In this document: positions 1-9,058 of the stretch, in pieces
Position numbering within the stretch: position 1 is the stretch's first letter
Layout: every line of letters starts with the position of its first letter
Assembly (NCBI GenBank): GCA_934132775.1
Contig: CAKPAA010000009.1
Span: 7,682 to 71,681, forward strand
DNA: 64,000 nucleotides
Direction of reading: 5' to 3'
Source: an uncultured Clostridia bacterium
GTDB taxonomy: Bacteria; Bacillota; Clostridia; TANB77; UBA1234
The notes under the pieces: generated by a model
Databases searched by the model: none
The model's input: only the letters and a program-made list of their open reading frames with translations
Told to the model about the DNA's origin: nothing
Program-made: the position numbers and the translations under genes

Positions 1-1008
1 CCAGAAATAGAGCCATTTTTAAGAGAGTTCGGAATAAACTATGTTTTACTAGAAACACATGGTATAACTTTTGCAAATCCAAAGCCACTTTATGGAACAT
101 TAGCACCAATAATTTCTCCTAATGGATTAGTTGCCTTCGGTAGAGACTTAGAGAGTTCAAAACAAGTGTGGAGTTCAATTTGCGGTTATCCAGGTGATCC
201 AAATTATAGAGAATTTTATAAAGACATTGGATATGAACTAGATTGGGATTATATAAAACCTTACGTATCAAAGTCTGGTCATAGAGTTGACACAGGAATA
301 AAGTATCACAAAATAACTGGCAAAACGCCGTATAAAGAATACTACAATGACAGCAATGCCAAAGCTGTTGCTGAACTTCAAGCAGATCACTTTATAAAGT
401 CAAGAATTGAACAAATTGAAAAAACCGCACCAAAAATGAAAAATCCGCCAATAATAACTTGTCCATACGATGCTGAACTTTACGGTCACTGGTGGTATGA
501 AGGACCTTACTGGTTATATGTATTATTCAAAAAAATATATTATAATCAAGACGTGTTCAAGCTTATAACACCTAGCGAATATTTAGATAAATACCCTGAC
601 ACTCAACAAGCCGCACCAGCAATATCAACTTGGGGTGCACACGGATATAGTGAAGTTTGGTTGAACCCTGGCAATGACTATATTTATAGGCACTTAGATA
701 ATGCAGCTGGAAGATTACATTATCTAGCGCAAACGTATAAAGAGCCTTATGACTTGCAAAAAAGAGCATTAAATCAGTGTGCAAGAGAATTATTACTTGC
801 CCAAAGCAGTGATTGGCCATTTATAATAACAGCAAACACAATGGTTGACTATGCTCATAAGCGTATAAGAGACCACATCGGCAGATTCAATGCACTAGCT
901 GATATGATAGATAAAAATGAAATTAACGAAGAATATTTAGCAGATATTGAATATAAAGACTTAATCTTTCCAGATATCGATTATCGCATCTGGGGCTGGG
1001 GAGAGTAA
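1..1008 (+). CDS. GH57-family alpha-glucan branching enzyme / DUF1957 protein, C-terminal part; the gene starts upstream of the window
   Basis: Frame 1 is open from base 1 (PEIEPFLREF...) and joins the listed ORF at 166. C-terminal region is typical of GH57/DUF1957 glucan-processing proteins. glgP lies nearby in a glycogen context. Confidence 0.7.
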   Translation, partial: PEIEPFLREFGINYVLLETHGITFANPKPLYGTLAPIISPNGLVAFGRDLESSKQVWSSICGYPGDPNYREFYKDIGYELDWDYIKPYVSKSGHRVDTGIKYHKITGKTPYKEYYNDSNAKAVAELQADHFIKSRIEQIEKTAPKMKNPPIITCPYDAELYGHWWYEGPYWLYVLFKKIYYNQDVFKLITPSEYLDKYPDTQQAAPAISTWGAHGYSEVWLNPGNDYIYRHLDNAAGRLHYLAQTYKEPYDLQKRALNQCARELLLAQSSDWPFIITANTMVDYAHKRIRDHIGRFNALADMIDKNEINEEYLADIEYKDLIFPDIDYRIWGWGE

Positions 1009-1156
1009 GAGAACTAAATGGCACTTTTTCAGCTATTGCCAAGCAAAATTTAATTCTTGCTAAGTTTTAAAATATACGATATAATGTATATTGATAAAGG
1101 AAATATGCAGAGCGGTTGACCTCCTGCTTTCATTTTATAATGTTCGAGAGGAGGTG

Positions 1157-1261
1157 ATGCATTTGGTACAAAATGATTATATATTTGATGTAATCTTAGT
1201 TGTAATACTTAGCATCCTCTTGAAGAGACTAATCGGGTACTTTAAGAGCACAAAAAAATAA
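1157..1261 (+). CDS. candidate 34-aa hydrophobic peptide (MHLVQNDYIFDVILVVILSILLKRLIGYFKSTKK), type I toxin-like small ORF
   Basis: Strong SD AGAGGAGGTG sits immediately 5' of ATG 1157. One predicted TM helix with a basic tail. An upstream anti-SD CCTCCT (1120-1125) can sequester the SD. An 11-nt perfect 5'/3' complement flanks the ORF (1111-1121 with 1304-1314). A hairpin follows the stop (1260-1289). Confidence 0.3.
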   Translation: MHLVQNDYIFDVILVVILSILLKRLIGYFKSTKK

Positions 1262-1395
1262 TCGCCCTGTCTTGACCGAATAGGCGATTAAAAACGATTA
1301 CTTGGTCAACCGCTTAATGCGGAATTCCTTTATCTGTATTTATTTTAATATATTTTATGTAAAAAGTCAATTATTATACAATATTTTTATCAAAA

Positions 1396-1440
1396 GACCT
1401 GCTATCACACTTTAAATAGCAGGTCCTTTTTTATTATTTA
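1396..1440. terminator. bidirectional rho-independent terminator-like hairpin between convergent genes
   Basis: Stem gacctgctat...atagcaggtc with a T-run on the plus strand and an A-run on the other side. It lies just 3' of the minus-strand giant gene stop at 1434. Confidence 0.45.
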
Positions 1441-4400
1441 CTTATCTCTTTAAATAACTTTTGTGCTGTTTTTCTTGTTCTTCCATCTGGTATTTTTGCA
1501 ATAGCATTTTCAACAGTTGTTTGTTGTTGAGGTGTTAATAACCTCATTATTGCATCTAACTCATTTCTTTGTCCTGCTGTCATTGTGTTTATCTTGTTAA
1601 ATAGCTTTATCGCTTGATTTGGCAACATATTTGTAACTAATACAATTACTTCGTTTGAAAGTTTGGCTTTTGCTTCTGGATCTTTAAAGTAATCATCTTT
1701 TACTGTTGTTCTTGCTCTGTAATAGTTGTCTAGCATTGCTTTTTCGTATATTGATATTACTTTTAGTTTCATTAGTTCTGCATCGTATTCTTTTGCATTT
1801 GCTATCTTTTCATTGATACATTCTAATTCTTTTTCTGTCTTTCCTCTTTCAACTATATATGTTGCTTGCTCTAAATTTGATGTCGTTTTTCCAACAAAGA
1901 AATCTGCAAATATTATTGATTTCTTTTGTTGTAAAAAGTCAAAATCTTTATCATGTAGCTCTGATGCTGTAATTGCTTCAAATACTTGCAATATTTTATT
2001 ACCAGTTCTATCTTCGCTAATTATATCTGCAAGTTTATTTTGTGCAAGTTCTTTTTCTTTACGCATTATAGTATTTAGCTTCTCTTCTAACTCATTTACC
2101 GTTGCACCTTGTGTGCTTAACGCCTCTCGTAATAATTTTACTATTTGTGTGTTATAGTCATTTAATGTGTTAATAGCTTCTTTTTGCTCATTTGTTAAAA
2201 TTATGTTTCTCTCTAATTTTTGTAAGTGCTCATCTGTAAACTTGAATTCTTGTGCCTCCTGTTGCTCTCTTATTTCTTCTTGTTGTTTTTCAAGTTCAAT
2301 TTTTGCCTCTTCTTCTTTTTGTGCTTGTTCAACTAATTCTTGATCAACAAACTTAGCAACATCAGGGTTGTAATATGGTTTATCCTTATCTTCTTGCTCA
2401 ACTTTAGTATCGTTTGTGTAATATTGAATTATTACGTTTTCTTCAATATTTTCTGAGACAATTATATCATTTGGTGAATTATACGCATATCTCCACATAT
2501 TATTGTTATCATCGTATATAACTCTGTTTGCAGGTTTTGGATTATATTTGCTTCCAATTTGCATTTTTGCCTTTATATCACTCTTTAAAGGTTCACCATC
2601 CGTCGTTTGTATCTTAACAGTTGTCATTGCCTTCTTTTCCATATAAACTACATTTATTATATTATTTATACTTCCAACTGTTAATTTAACTGGTGTTACA
2701 GAACTATATATCCATTTTCTACCGTCGACTCCAACAAGTTCTGCTTCTGGTTTTGGAATAAATTCCTTACCTATCTCCATATGGAATATATCTGGTTCTT
2801 TAATTGTGTTTCCATCAACATTCTTATATCTAACGGATATTTCTGCTTTCGCCACTTCATAAACCATTGTTATAAAGTTATCTTTTTCATTTTCTTTAAC
2901 CCTTAATGAGTCTACTTTGTCCGTAATTAGTTCCCACTGTATTCCGTCTCTATCCTTAATATATTGAATTGCACTTGGTGCATAAACTGTTCCAACCTGT
3001 AATTGTTCAACTTGATCATCTTTCAATTTATTTCCATCAACGTCTTTAAACATTATTCCCGCATTGCTGTAAACAGCTTCATACGTTAATGTAAATACAT
3101 TTATAGGCTCTGTTGCACCAACTGGTAATTCTTTAATTTTAATACTTTCAGGCTCGCACTTTACAAACTTGAACAACATCGATTCACTATCTGTAATTGT
3201 GTTATCTATATTAAGTTTATATACACTGCCTAACTGTGCCTTCACGGTTTTGTTTGGAATAATTGTCCTACCCTTTAAGTTAACGAATTTTACAAGCACA
3301 TCAACATTCAACGGTGTGTAAATTGTTTCAACTATATTCTTGCTATCGTCATCATCAATTTTGATTTCATCTGCACTCTTTTTCTTAAATTCCCAAACTC
3401 TATCATCTGCACCAGTTACAATATTCTCAGGTTCTGTAATATATATGCTACCTATTTGTTCAAGAAGTTTTCTTGGCTGTTGTAGTTTATTACCATATTC
3501 ATCTTTGTAGACATATGTTACAGTTGCTTTTTGCTCTTCGTAAGCTAGGTTAATAGCATTTTGCTTAGGGTCCTTACTAATCTTTATAGTTGAATTACTA
3601 TTTGGGTTGTATACCCACTTAACATTACCAGAACCAACAATTTTATTTATAATATCAGGTGTATACATACTGCCTATTTGAGCTTCTGTTTCAAGCATAG
3701 GTCTTATTTCAGTTCCAAGCGGATCAATATATCTAATAACAACCTTATTCATTGATTTTTTATATCTAAGTTTAATTACGTTTTTCTCTTCTTTGTCTGA
3801 AACAATAATTGGTTCAACCTTTTTGCCTGTTGTAAAGAATTTATTTTCTACTCTCAATGCATAAATCCATTCTTTACCTTCTTCATCCTCAATATAATCT
3901 TCAATTTTAGGCATAAACGCTGTACCAACTTGTTCTTTTGTTATGCTAGGTTTTATTATTTCTTCACCTTTATCATCAACAAATTGAACTGGAACATTTA
4001 CTAAATACTTGTCATAATTTATATTTACATTATTTTCACTTGGATTTCTATTTACCTTAAATTTAGGTATTAAGCTTTCATTAACAATCCAGCCAAACTT
4101 CTTAGAATCTAGCACTATTTTTTCAGGTGTTGGAATATATATGCTTCCTATTTGTGCCTTAACTATTTCTGCTCCCTTAATCATTTCCATAGCATTACCA
4201 AAGAAAGATAATTTCAAGTCTACTAATTCTTTCTTGTAAGTTATATTTATAACATTATTTTCAGCTATTTCAGTAACTTTAATCTTATTTGTGTCAATAG
4301 CCTTAAATAGCCAAGCTTTACCTTCCTTATCTTCGTAAGCATTTTTTATCTCCGCCTCAAATGTTGTTCCAACCTGAATTTGCGAAATTATTGGCTCTGC

Positions 4401-7400
4401 AATTAAATTTCCATCTTCATCTTTATAATTAACCGTAACATTAGCAAGCAATTTATGATATTCATAAATCACAATATTTCCTTGCTCCTTAACTATTAGT
4501 TCACTCTTAGAAACAACTTCATAATACCACATAAATCCATTTGCATCAGTGATTTTTTCTTCAATTTCAGGCACAAACTTTTTACCAACTTGCATAATAA
4601 CTTTCTTTGCAGGGATTATTTCTTTTTCTTCTTCATTTACGTACTGTTTAACAATCTCAGCATTTAAAGGTTCGTAATAGTTAGTAATTATATTATCATC
4701 TTCAAGCACATATTTATTTTCAATTTTAGAATTTTTGTATTTCCAACCAAGACCTTTGTTATCATTAAATTTTTGAATAGCATTAAGTGTAATCTCTTTT
4801 CCGACTTGAAGTTCAATTGTTGTATCTTCCTTTATTTGCTCATCATTTAGATTTCTATATTTTGAAATCACTTTGCTTTTAACTTCATCATACGTCAAAA
4901 CAATAATGTTTTCTTGCTCATTTTCCTTTGTGACAATAGACATATTTTCATCGCCAATATATTTCCACTTCCACTTATTTTTATCTAATATTGTTTGTCT
5001 AATATTAGGCACGAATATTCCACCAAGTTTAACTGTAGAAACAACATCTTCAACAAACGTTTTTTGAGTGTTTACATCTACGTGTCTAACAAGTACTTTT
5101 GCTTTTATTTCGCCATAAATAAGTTTAAATACATTATCGCCATCACGCACTGTACGGTTCTTTGGCTCACTATCTTCAAGCATCCATCTACCACCAGCTG
5201 TGTCTGTTATTTTATAGAATAAATTATCTTCAAGTTGTGCACCAATTTGAGATTCAATCTCTTGCGGTTCTCTAAGTTTATTTCCATACGCATCAACAAA
5301 AGTCAATTTTACTTTTGCATTTTCTTTATCATAATATATAGAAATAAGATTTTCTTCTTCATATTTTTTAACAACAATACTTGGGATCTTATTTTCATCT
5401 AGAATCCATTTTTTGCCCGTTGAATCAGTTATTTTCCTTATAGGCACATTCTTATATTCAGAACCAACTTGTACCATTTCATACTTAGGTTCAAGAAGTT
5501 CTCCCATTTCTGTGTTATAATACTTTATCGTAACCTTAGACAATAAAGGTTCATATTTTAATGTAACAACATTTTTAGTTTCAGACCTCGAAACAACAAC
5601 GCCTTCGCCTTTTTCTTTACATACCCAAGACTTTCCAAAGTTATCTAAAATTTCATTCTTTTTGTCAGCATTATAAACATCACCAACTTGTGCATCTTCA
5701 AATATCACATCTTTAATAGGTCTATCGTTCATATTTAATAGCTTAATCATAACTTTTGATAACCTTGGTTTATAAACTGCAACAAGTATATTTTTGCTTT
5801 CGTCTTTATCAACTACAATTTCATTCTTTTTAACATTTGATAATATCCACTCTTTAAGACTAAAATCGGTTAATTCTTTATCAAATTCAGTAGAAAATGT
5901 TTTACCAATTTGAACGAAATCAATCTTATCGTCTGCCAATTTTATGTTAGATTCACTAACAATTCTCGTAATAACTTTTTGCTTTGCCTCTTCATACATC
6001 ATCGTTATAACATTAGGTGTATCATTATTAACCATAACGCTTGCAGACGAAGTCTCTATATAATTCCATCCAAGATTATTGCCATCAACAATATATGGTA
6101 CACTCTCCGCAGTATATAATTTTGCAACAGGAGCTTGAACTAATTTATTTGGGGCTAGTTCAATTCCAGTGTTAGTTAGGAACCTAATTGTAACATCAGC
6201 CTTCTCTATATCATACACTAGCAAAACTTTATTCTTATCATCAGAATCTTTTACCACAAGCTTAGCAGGTCTAGAAAAAAGTAACTTCCAGTCATCGCCG
6301 TTTTTGTCTTTATAAATTGCTTTGCTTTCTAAATCATAATTTGAACCAACTTGTACTATCTCTTGTCTATCATCGGCAAGTTTCTTGCCGTCTCTGTTAA
6401 TATAAGAAAATGTTACTCTTGCAAATCTTTCATCATATTTTAACTCTATAACATTTTGTTCAGGGTCCTCATTAAGCAAAAATGGTGTTATATCTTTTGA
6501 AGATATTACCCACTCTTTTCCCTCCTTATCATTTATAACAGGTATCATCTCAGGAAGATATGGTGTTCTTGGGAATACGTTCCCAACCTTATTTTCTTTT
6601 AATATCTCGCCCTTTGAATTTAAGTATTTTACAGTAACATATGTTGAACCTGGTAAAACCTGATTGCTTCCTATAACGTAAGCTGATTCATTAACCTCAT
6701 TAAACAAATTCTTTTTAGAAGAATTTGCTATTGTAGACTCCAAGCTAGTTCCATTAAACATACTAATTGAACCACTTCCACCTTGAATTTTAGGAATATA
6801 AAAATCAACTTCAATATTAGGAACAGGAAGTCCATCCGTGCCATAATATTTCATATCTTCATAAATATATCCTAGCAAGTCTGGAATACCAGTTATATCA
6901 ATAAACGTTTCTCTCCTAATTATAATTGCAGGAGCACTAACATTAAAATCTGCGACTGTTTGCTTTCTGACAAGCATACCATCTTCATCAGTATATTCAA
7001 GCTTGTTTCCTATCGTTGTCAAATCATCTAAAACGTTTTCAACAAGATTATATTTATATCTTTTTGAAACATTATCAGCTATTGTTATATAAAGCATTTC
7101 CTCAAATTCAGTTGGATCTGTTATAACCTTATATTTATATTTTATAGGTTCTATCAAGTCACTCTTATTAGCCAAATTATCTCTAATAATGCTAATAGAC
7201 GGAAACATAAGCTCGAAATTTAATTTTTTCAATGCAGTTTCAAGCTTTTCTTTGCTTATATCAACATTAGAGTCTCTTCTAAATTTTCTACTTAAATCAT
7301 CTGCAAGCTCACTAATTCTAGGATCTTCTCTTCTAAACTCTGAAAACATAGCTTGGCTGTAAACCCTAGGTGCAATAAAAATAGCAATTTCTTCAACGTT

Positions 7401-8213
7401 TCCACTTCTTAAAAACCAATAATAAGAAATAGTATTAAGCGGAAAATCGGCCTCTGGTGGCATTTTATCTAACTTAACATATGGATCGTTAGTTATCATT
7501 CCAGGTTGAACATTTTTAGAAGACCTTCTTATTCTAGCTTTTTTATTCAATACCTCAATTCTATTGCTTCTTAGATTTATAAATCTCAAAGAATATGAAT
7601 ATAAATTCTCTGCATATTTTGTTTCATTATCATACATCTTAATTCTTGGATTAAGCCCATTAACAGCCATATCATCAATAACATAGTCTGAAACTAGCAT
7701 GGTCAAAATTTCTTTAATTTTTCTTTCAGGAACTCTGCCATTATCTAGAAAAGCTTCGTAATAATCATTTACAATTTCGTCTCTTTCTCTTTTGAAAGTC
7801 TGCTCATACTTTATACCATTATACATAGTTTGAATCTTAGGATTTGGCTTATAAATCATAATCTTCATTTTAAAGTCACCTGTCATAGCAATGAGCGCAC
7901 ATCTCTTTGACAAAGTATAGTCGGCCGTTACAAATTTTGTTCCAATAGATGTATCAGCCGTCGAAGTTGTAATATCTCCCTCTAAAACTTCAACTTGCAA
8001 AACATCATATTTAATATTCAAAAATAATTCAATTATCTCAACTGTTGGCTCGTCAAATTCATCAATATCAACAACATTTTCATACTCAGACTCATCTGTT
8101 ATCCTTTTTTCAATAAGTCCTAAATCAAATTTTCTCAAAATAGTGCTAGAAATATTGTCATTATAGCCCAACATGCTAAGCTTGTCTTCAAGTACACTTA
8201 GAACTGTTTTCAT
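1434..8213 (-). CDS. giant (~2259 aa) repeat protein: ~570-aa unique N-terminal domain, >20 MucBP-like ~75-aa beta-sandwich repeats, C-terminal coiled-coil/unknown domain; no signal peptide or LPXTG seen
   Basis: Single uninterrupted ORF. Likely start is MKTVLS at 8213, preceded by RBS AGGGGTGA. The repeat pattern V.V.Y.D..G..L......Q.G..Y......I.D..G..W recurs through the body. Confidence 0.7.
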   Translation of the reverse strand: MKTVLSVLEDKLSMLGYNDNISSTILRKFDLGLIEKRITDESEYENVVDIDEFDEPTVEIIELFLNIKYDVLQVEVLEGDITTSTADTSIGTKFVTADYTLSKRCALIAMTGDFKMKIMIYKPNPKIQTMYNGIKYEQTFKRERDEIVNDYYEAFLDNGRVPERKIKEILTMLVSDYVIDDMAVNGLNPRIKMYDNETKYAENLYSYSLRFINLRSNRIEVLNKKARIRRSSKNVQPGMITNDPYVKLDKMPPEADFPLNTISYYWFLRSGNVEEIAIFIAPRVYSQAMFSEFRREDPRISELADDLSRKFRRDSNVDISKEKLETALKKLNFELMFPSISIIRDNLANKSDLIEPIKYKYKVITDPTEFEEMLYITIADNVSKRYKYNLVENVLDDLTTIGNKLEYTDEDGMLVRKQTVADFNVSAPAIIIRRETFIDITGIPDLLGYIYEDMKYYGTDGLPVPNIEVDFYIPKIQGGSGSISMFNGTSLESTIANSSKKNLFNEVNESAYVIGSNQVLPGSTYVTVKYLNSKGEILKENKVGNVFPRTPYLPEMIPVINDKEGKEWVISSKDITPFLLNEDPEQNVIELKYDERFARVTFSYINRDGKKLADDRQEIVQVGSNYDLESKAIYKDKNGDDWKLLFSRPAKLVVKDSDDKNKVLLVYDIEKADVTIRFLTNTGIELAPNKLVQAPVAKLYTAESVPYIVDGNNLGWNYIETSSASVMVNNDTPNVITMMYEEAKQKVITRIVSESNIKLADDKIDFVQIGKTFSTEFDKELTDFSLKEWILSNVKKNEIVVDKDESKNILVAVYKPRLSKVMIKLLNMNDRPIKDVIFEDAQVGDVYNADKKNEILDNFGKSWVCKEKGEGVVVSRSETKNVVTLKYEPLLSKVTIKYYNTEMGELLEPKYEMVQVGSEYKNVPIRKITDSTGKKWILDENKIPSIVVKKYEEENLISIYYDKENAKVKLTFVDAYGNKLREPQEIESQIGAQLEDNLFYKITDTAGGRWMLEDSEPKNRTVRDGDNVFKLIYGEIKAKVLVRHVDVNTQKTFVEDVVSTVKLGGIFVPNIRQTILDKNKWKWKYIGDENMSIVTKENEQENIIVLTYDEVKSKVISKYRNLNDEQIKEDTTIELQVGKEITLNAIQKFNDNKGLGWKYKNSKIENKYVLEDDNIITNYYEPLNAEIVKQYVNEEEKEIIPAKKVIMQVGKKFVPEIEEKITDANGFMWYYEVVSKSELIVKEQGNIVIYEYHKLLANVTVNYKDEDGNLIAEPIISQIQVGTTFEAEIKNAYEDKEGKAWLFKAIDTNKIKVTEIAENNVINITYKKELVDLKLSFFGNAMEMIKGAEIVKAQIGSIYIPTPEKIVLDSKKFGWIVNESLIPKFKVNRNPSENNVNINYDKYLVNVPVQFVDDKGEEIIKPSITKEQVGTAFMPKIEDYIEDEEGKEWIYALRVENKFFTTGKKVEPIIVSDKEEKNVIKLRYKKSMNKVVIRYIDPLGTEIRPMLETEAQIGSMYTPDIINKIVGSGNVKWVYNPNSNSTIKISKDPKQNAINLAYEEQKATVTYVYKDEYGNKLQQPRKLLEQIGSIYITEPENIVTGADDRVWEFKKKSADEIKIDDDDSKNIVETIYTPLNVDVLVKFVNLKGRTIIPNKTVKAQLGSVYKLNIDNTITDSESMLFKFVKCEPESIKIKELPVGATEPINVFTLTYEAVYSNAGIMFKDVDGNKLKDDQVEQLQVGTVYAPSAIQYIKDRDGIQWELITDKVDSLRVKENEKDNFITMVYEVAKAEISVRYKNVDGNTIKEPDIFHMEIGKEFIPKPEAELVGVDGRKWIYSSVTPVKLTVGSINNIINVVYMEKKAMTTVKIQTTDGEPLKSDIKAKMQIGSKYNPKPANRVIYDDNNNMWRYAYNSPNDIIVSENIEENVIIQYYTNDTKVEQEDKDKPYYNPDVAKFVDQELVEQAQKEEEAKIELEKQQEEIREQQEAQEFKFTDEHLQKLERNIILTNEQKEAINTLNDYNTQIVKLLREALSTQGATVNELEEKLNTIMRKEKELAQNKLADIISEDRTGNKILQVFEAITASELHDKDFDFLQQKKSIIFADFFVGKTTSNLEQATYIVERGKTEKELECINEKIANAKEYDAELMKLKVISIYEKAMLDNYYRARTTVKDDYFKDPEAKAKLSNEVIVLVTNMLPNQAIKLFNKINTMTAGQRNELDAIMRLLTPQQQTTVENAIAKIPDGRTRKTAQKLFKEISK

Positions 8214-8453
8214 TTGTTCACCCCTAATAAGAAAACAGAAAATTTCAATTTCTGATTTCCGATTTTTGTGAGCTAAAAATCTCACCCTAAATTATTTTTT
8301 ACATCTATATCAATTATACATTAACGAATATTTTTTTCAATAGTTTTACATTCAAACTCTACCATTTATTTTCATTTTGAATAATATATAATGTGTATAT
8401 TTTTTCAAATTTATACAAACACTATGTTAAGTCAAAATTAGGAGCGTGCTAGG

Positions 8454-8993
8454 TTGAATCCAAAATTTATAATTATTAAAATACATTCAAAATCTTTTTA
8501 TAAAATGTTAGTTAGGGAACTAATCAATTATAAAAGAATAAATTTTTATCATAAAAAAATCAATGGCGTATACACCATTATAATAAAATGTCAAGCTTAT
8601 TACGAAAACATTGCTGGCAAAAAGTTAGAGCAAAGTATTTATTTAAGCTATATTTATCTATATACCAGCATTTCTCTAATCATTTCAGAACTTATAATTA
8701 GATTTTTTGAAAATAAAATTGCTTATCAGATATTAGCCTCAAAATATAACTTCTTGCCACCATATGACATAGAAAAAATGTCAAACATAATTAGTGTAGT
8801 TTTAGATTCAAATTTTCCGTCTATTGAATCTAAAAAATTATATCTATATCGCAAAGATTTAATTTTAAACAAACTACTTTTAAATTTCAGAAAAAAGAAC
8901 TATATATATGCTGATTATTTCGTGTATTTTAAGCTCGAAGATTATCACGAACATCTTGAAACTATCATTGAAAAAACATATTCTCGTTATTGA
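8454..8993 (+). CDS. hypothetical protein (179 aa), AT-rich, no recognisable domain
   Basis: ORF only; low complexity. Its stop overlaps the -35 box of the glgP promoter. Confidence 0.3.
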   Translation: MNPKFIIIKIHSKSFYKMLVRELINYKRINFYHKKINGVYTIIIKCQAYYENIAGKKLEQSIYLSYIYLYTSISLIISELIIRFFENKIAYQILASKYNFLPPYDIEKMSNIISVVLDSNFPSIESKKLYLYRKDLILNKLLLNFRKKNYIYADYFVYFKLEDYHEHLETIIEKTYSRY

Positions 8994-9018
8994 CATTAAG
9001 TTTCAAGTATTAGATAAT
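8990..9018 (+). promoter_or_regulatory. sigma-A-like promoter for glgP (TTGACA-N17-GATAAT)
   Basis: TTGACA at 8990-8995, a 17-nt spacer, GATAAT at 9013-9018, about 40 nt upstream of the glgP start. Confidence 0.4.
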
Positions 9019-9058
9019 AATGGTATGTATGAACTTATGATAAAAGGAGGAATTTTGA

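Noticed and set aside
1105-1314. 6S RNA (SsrS) hypothesis for the ~200-nt element closed by 11-bp terminal pairing
   Set aside because: The interior contains a strong SD plus a 34-codon ORF and an SD/anti-SD hairpin rather than the long irregular helix and central bubble of 6S. It is kept only as an alternative under the toxin-like finding.
1726-2157. Plus-strand ORFs (1726..2157, 4873..5222, 5910..6119) inside the minus-strand giant gene
   Set aside because: They are antisense to a long, coherent coding frame and consist of low-complexity Ser/Phe/Ile-rich translations typical of AT-rich antisense frames.
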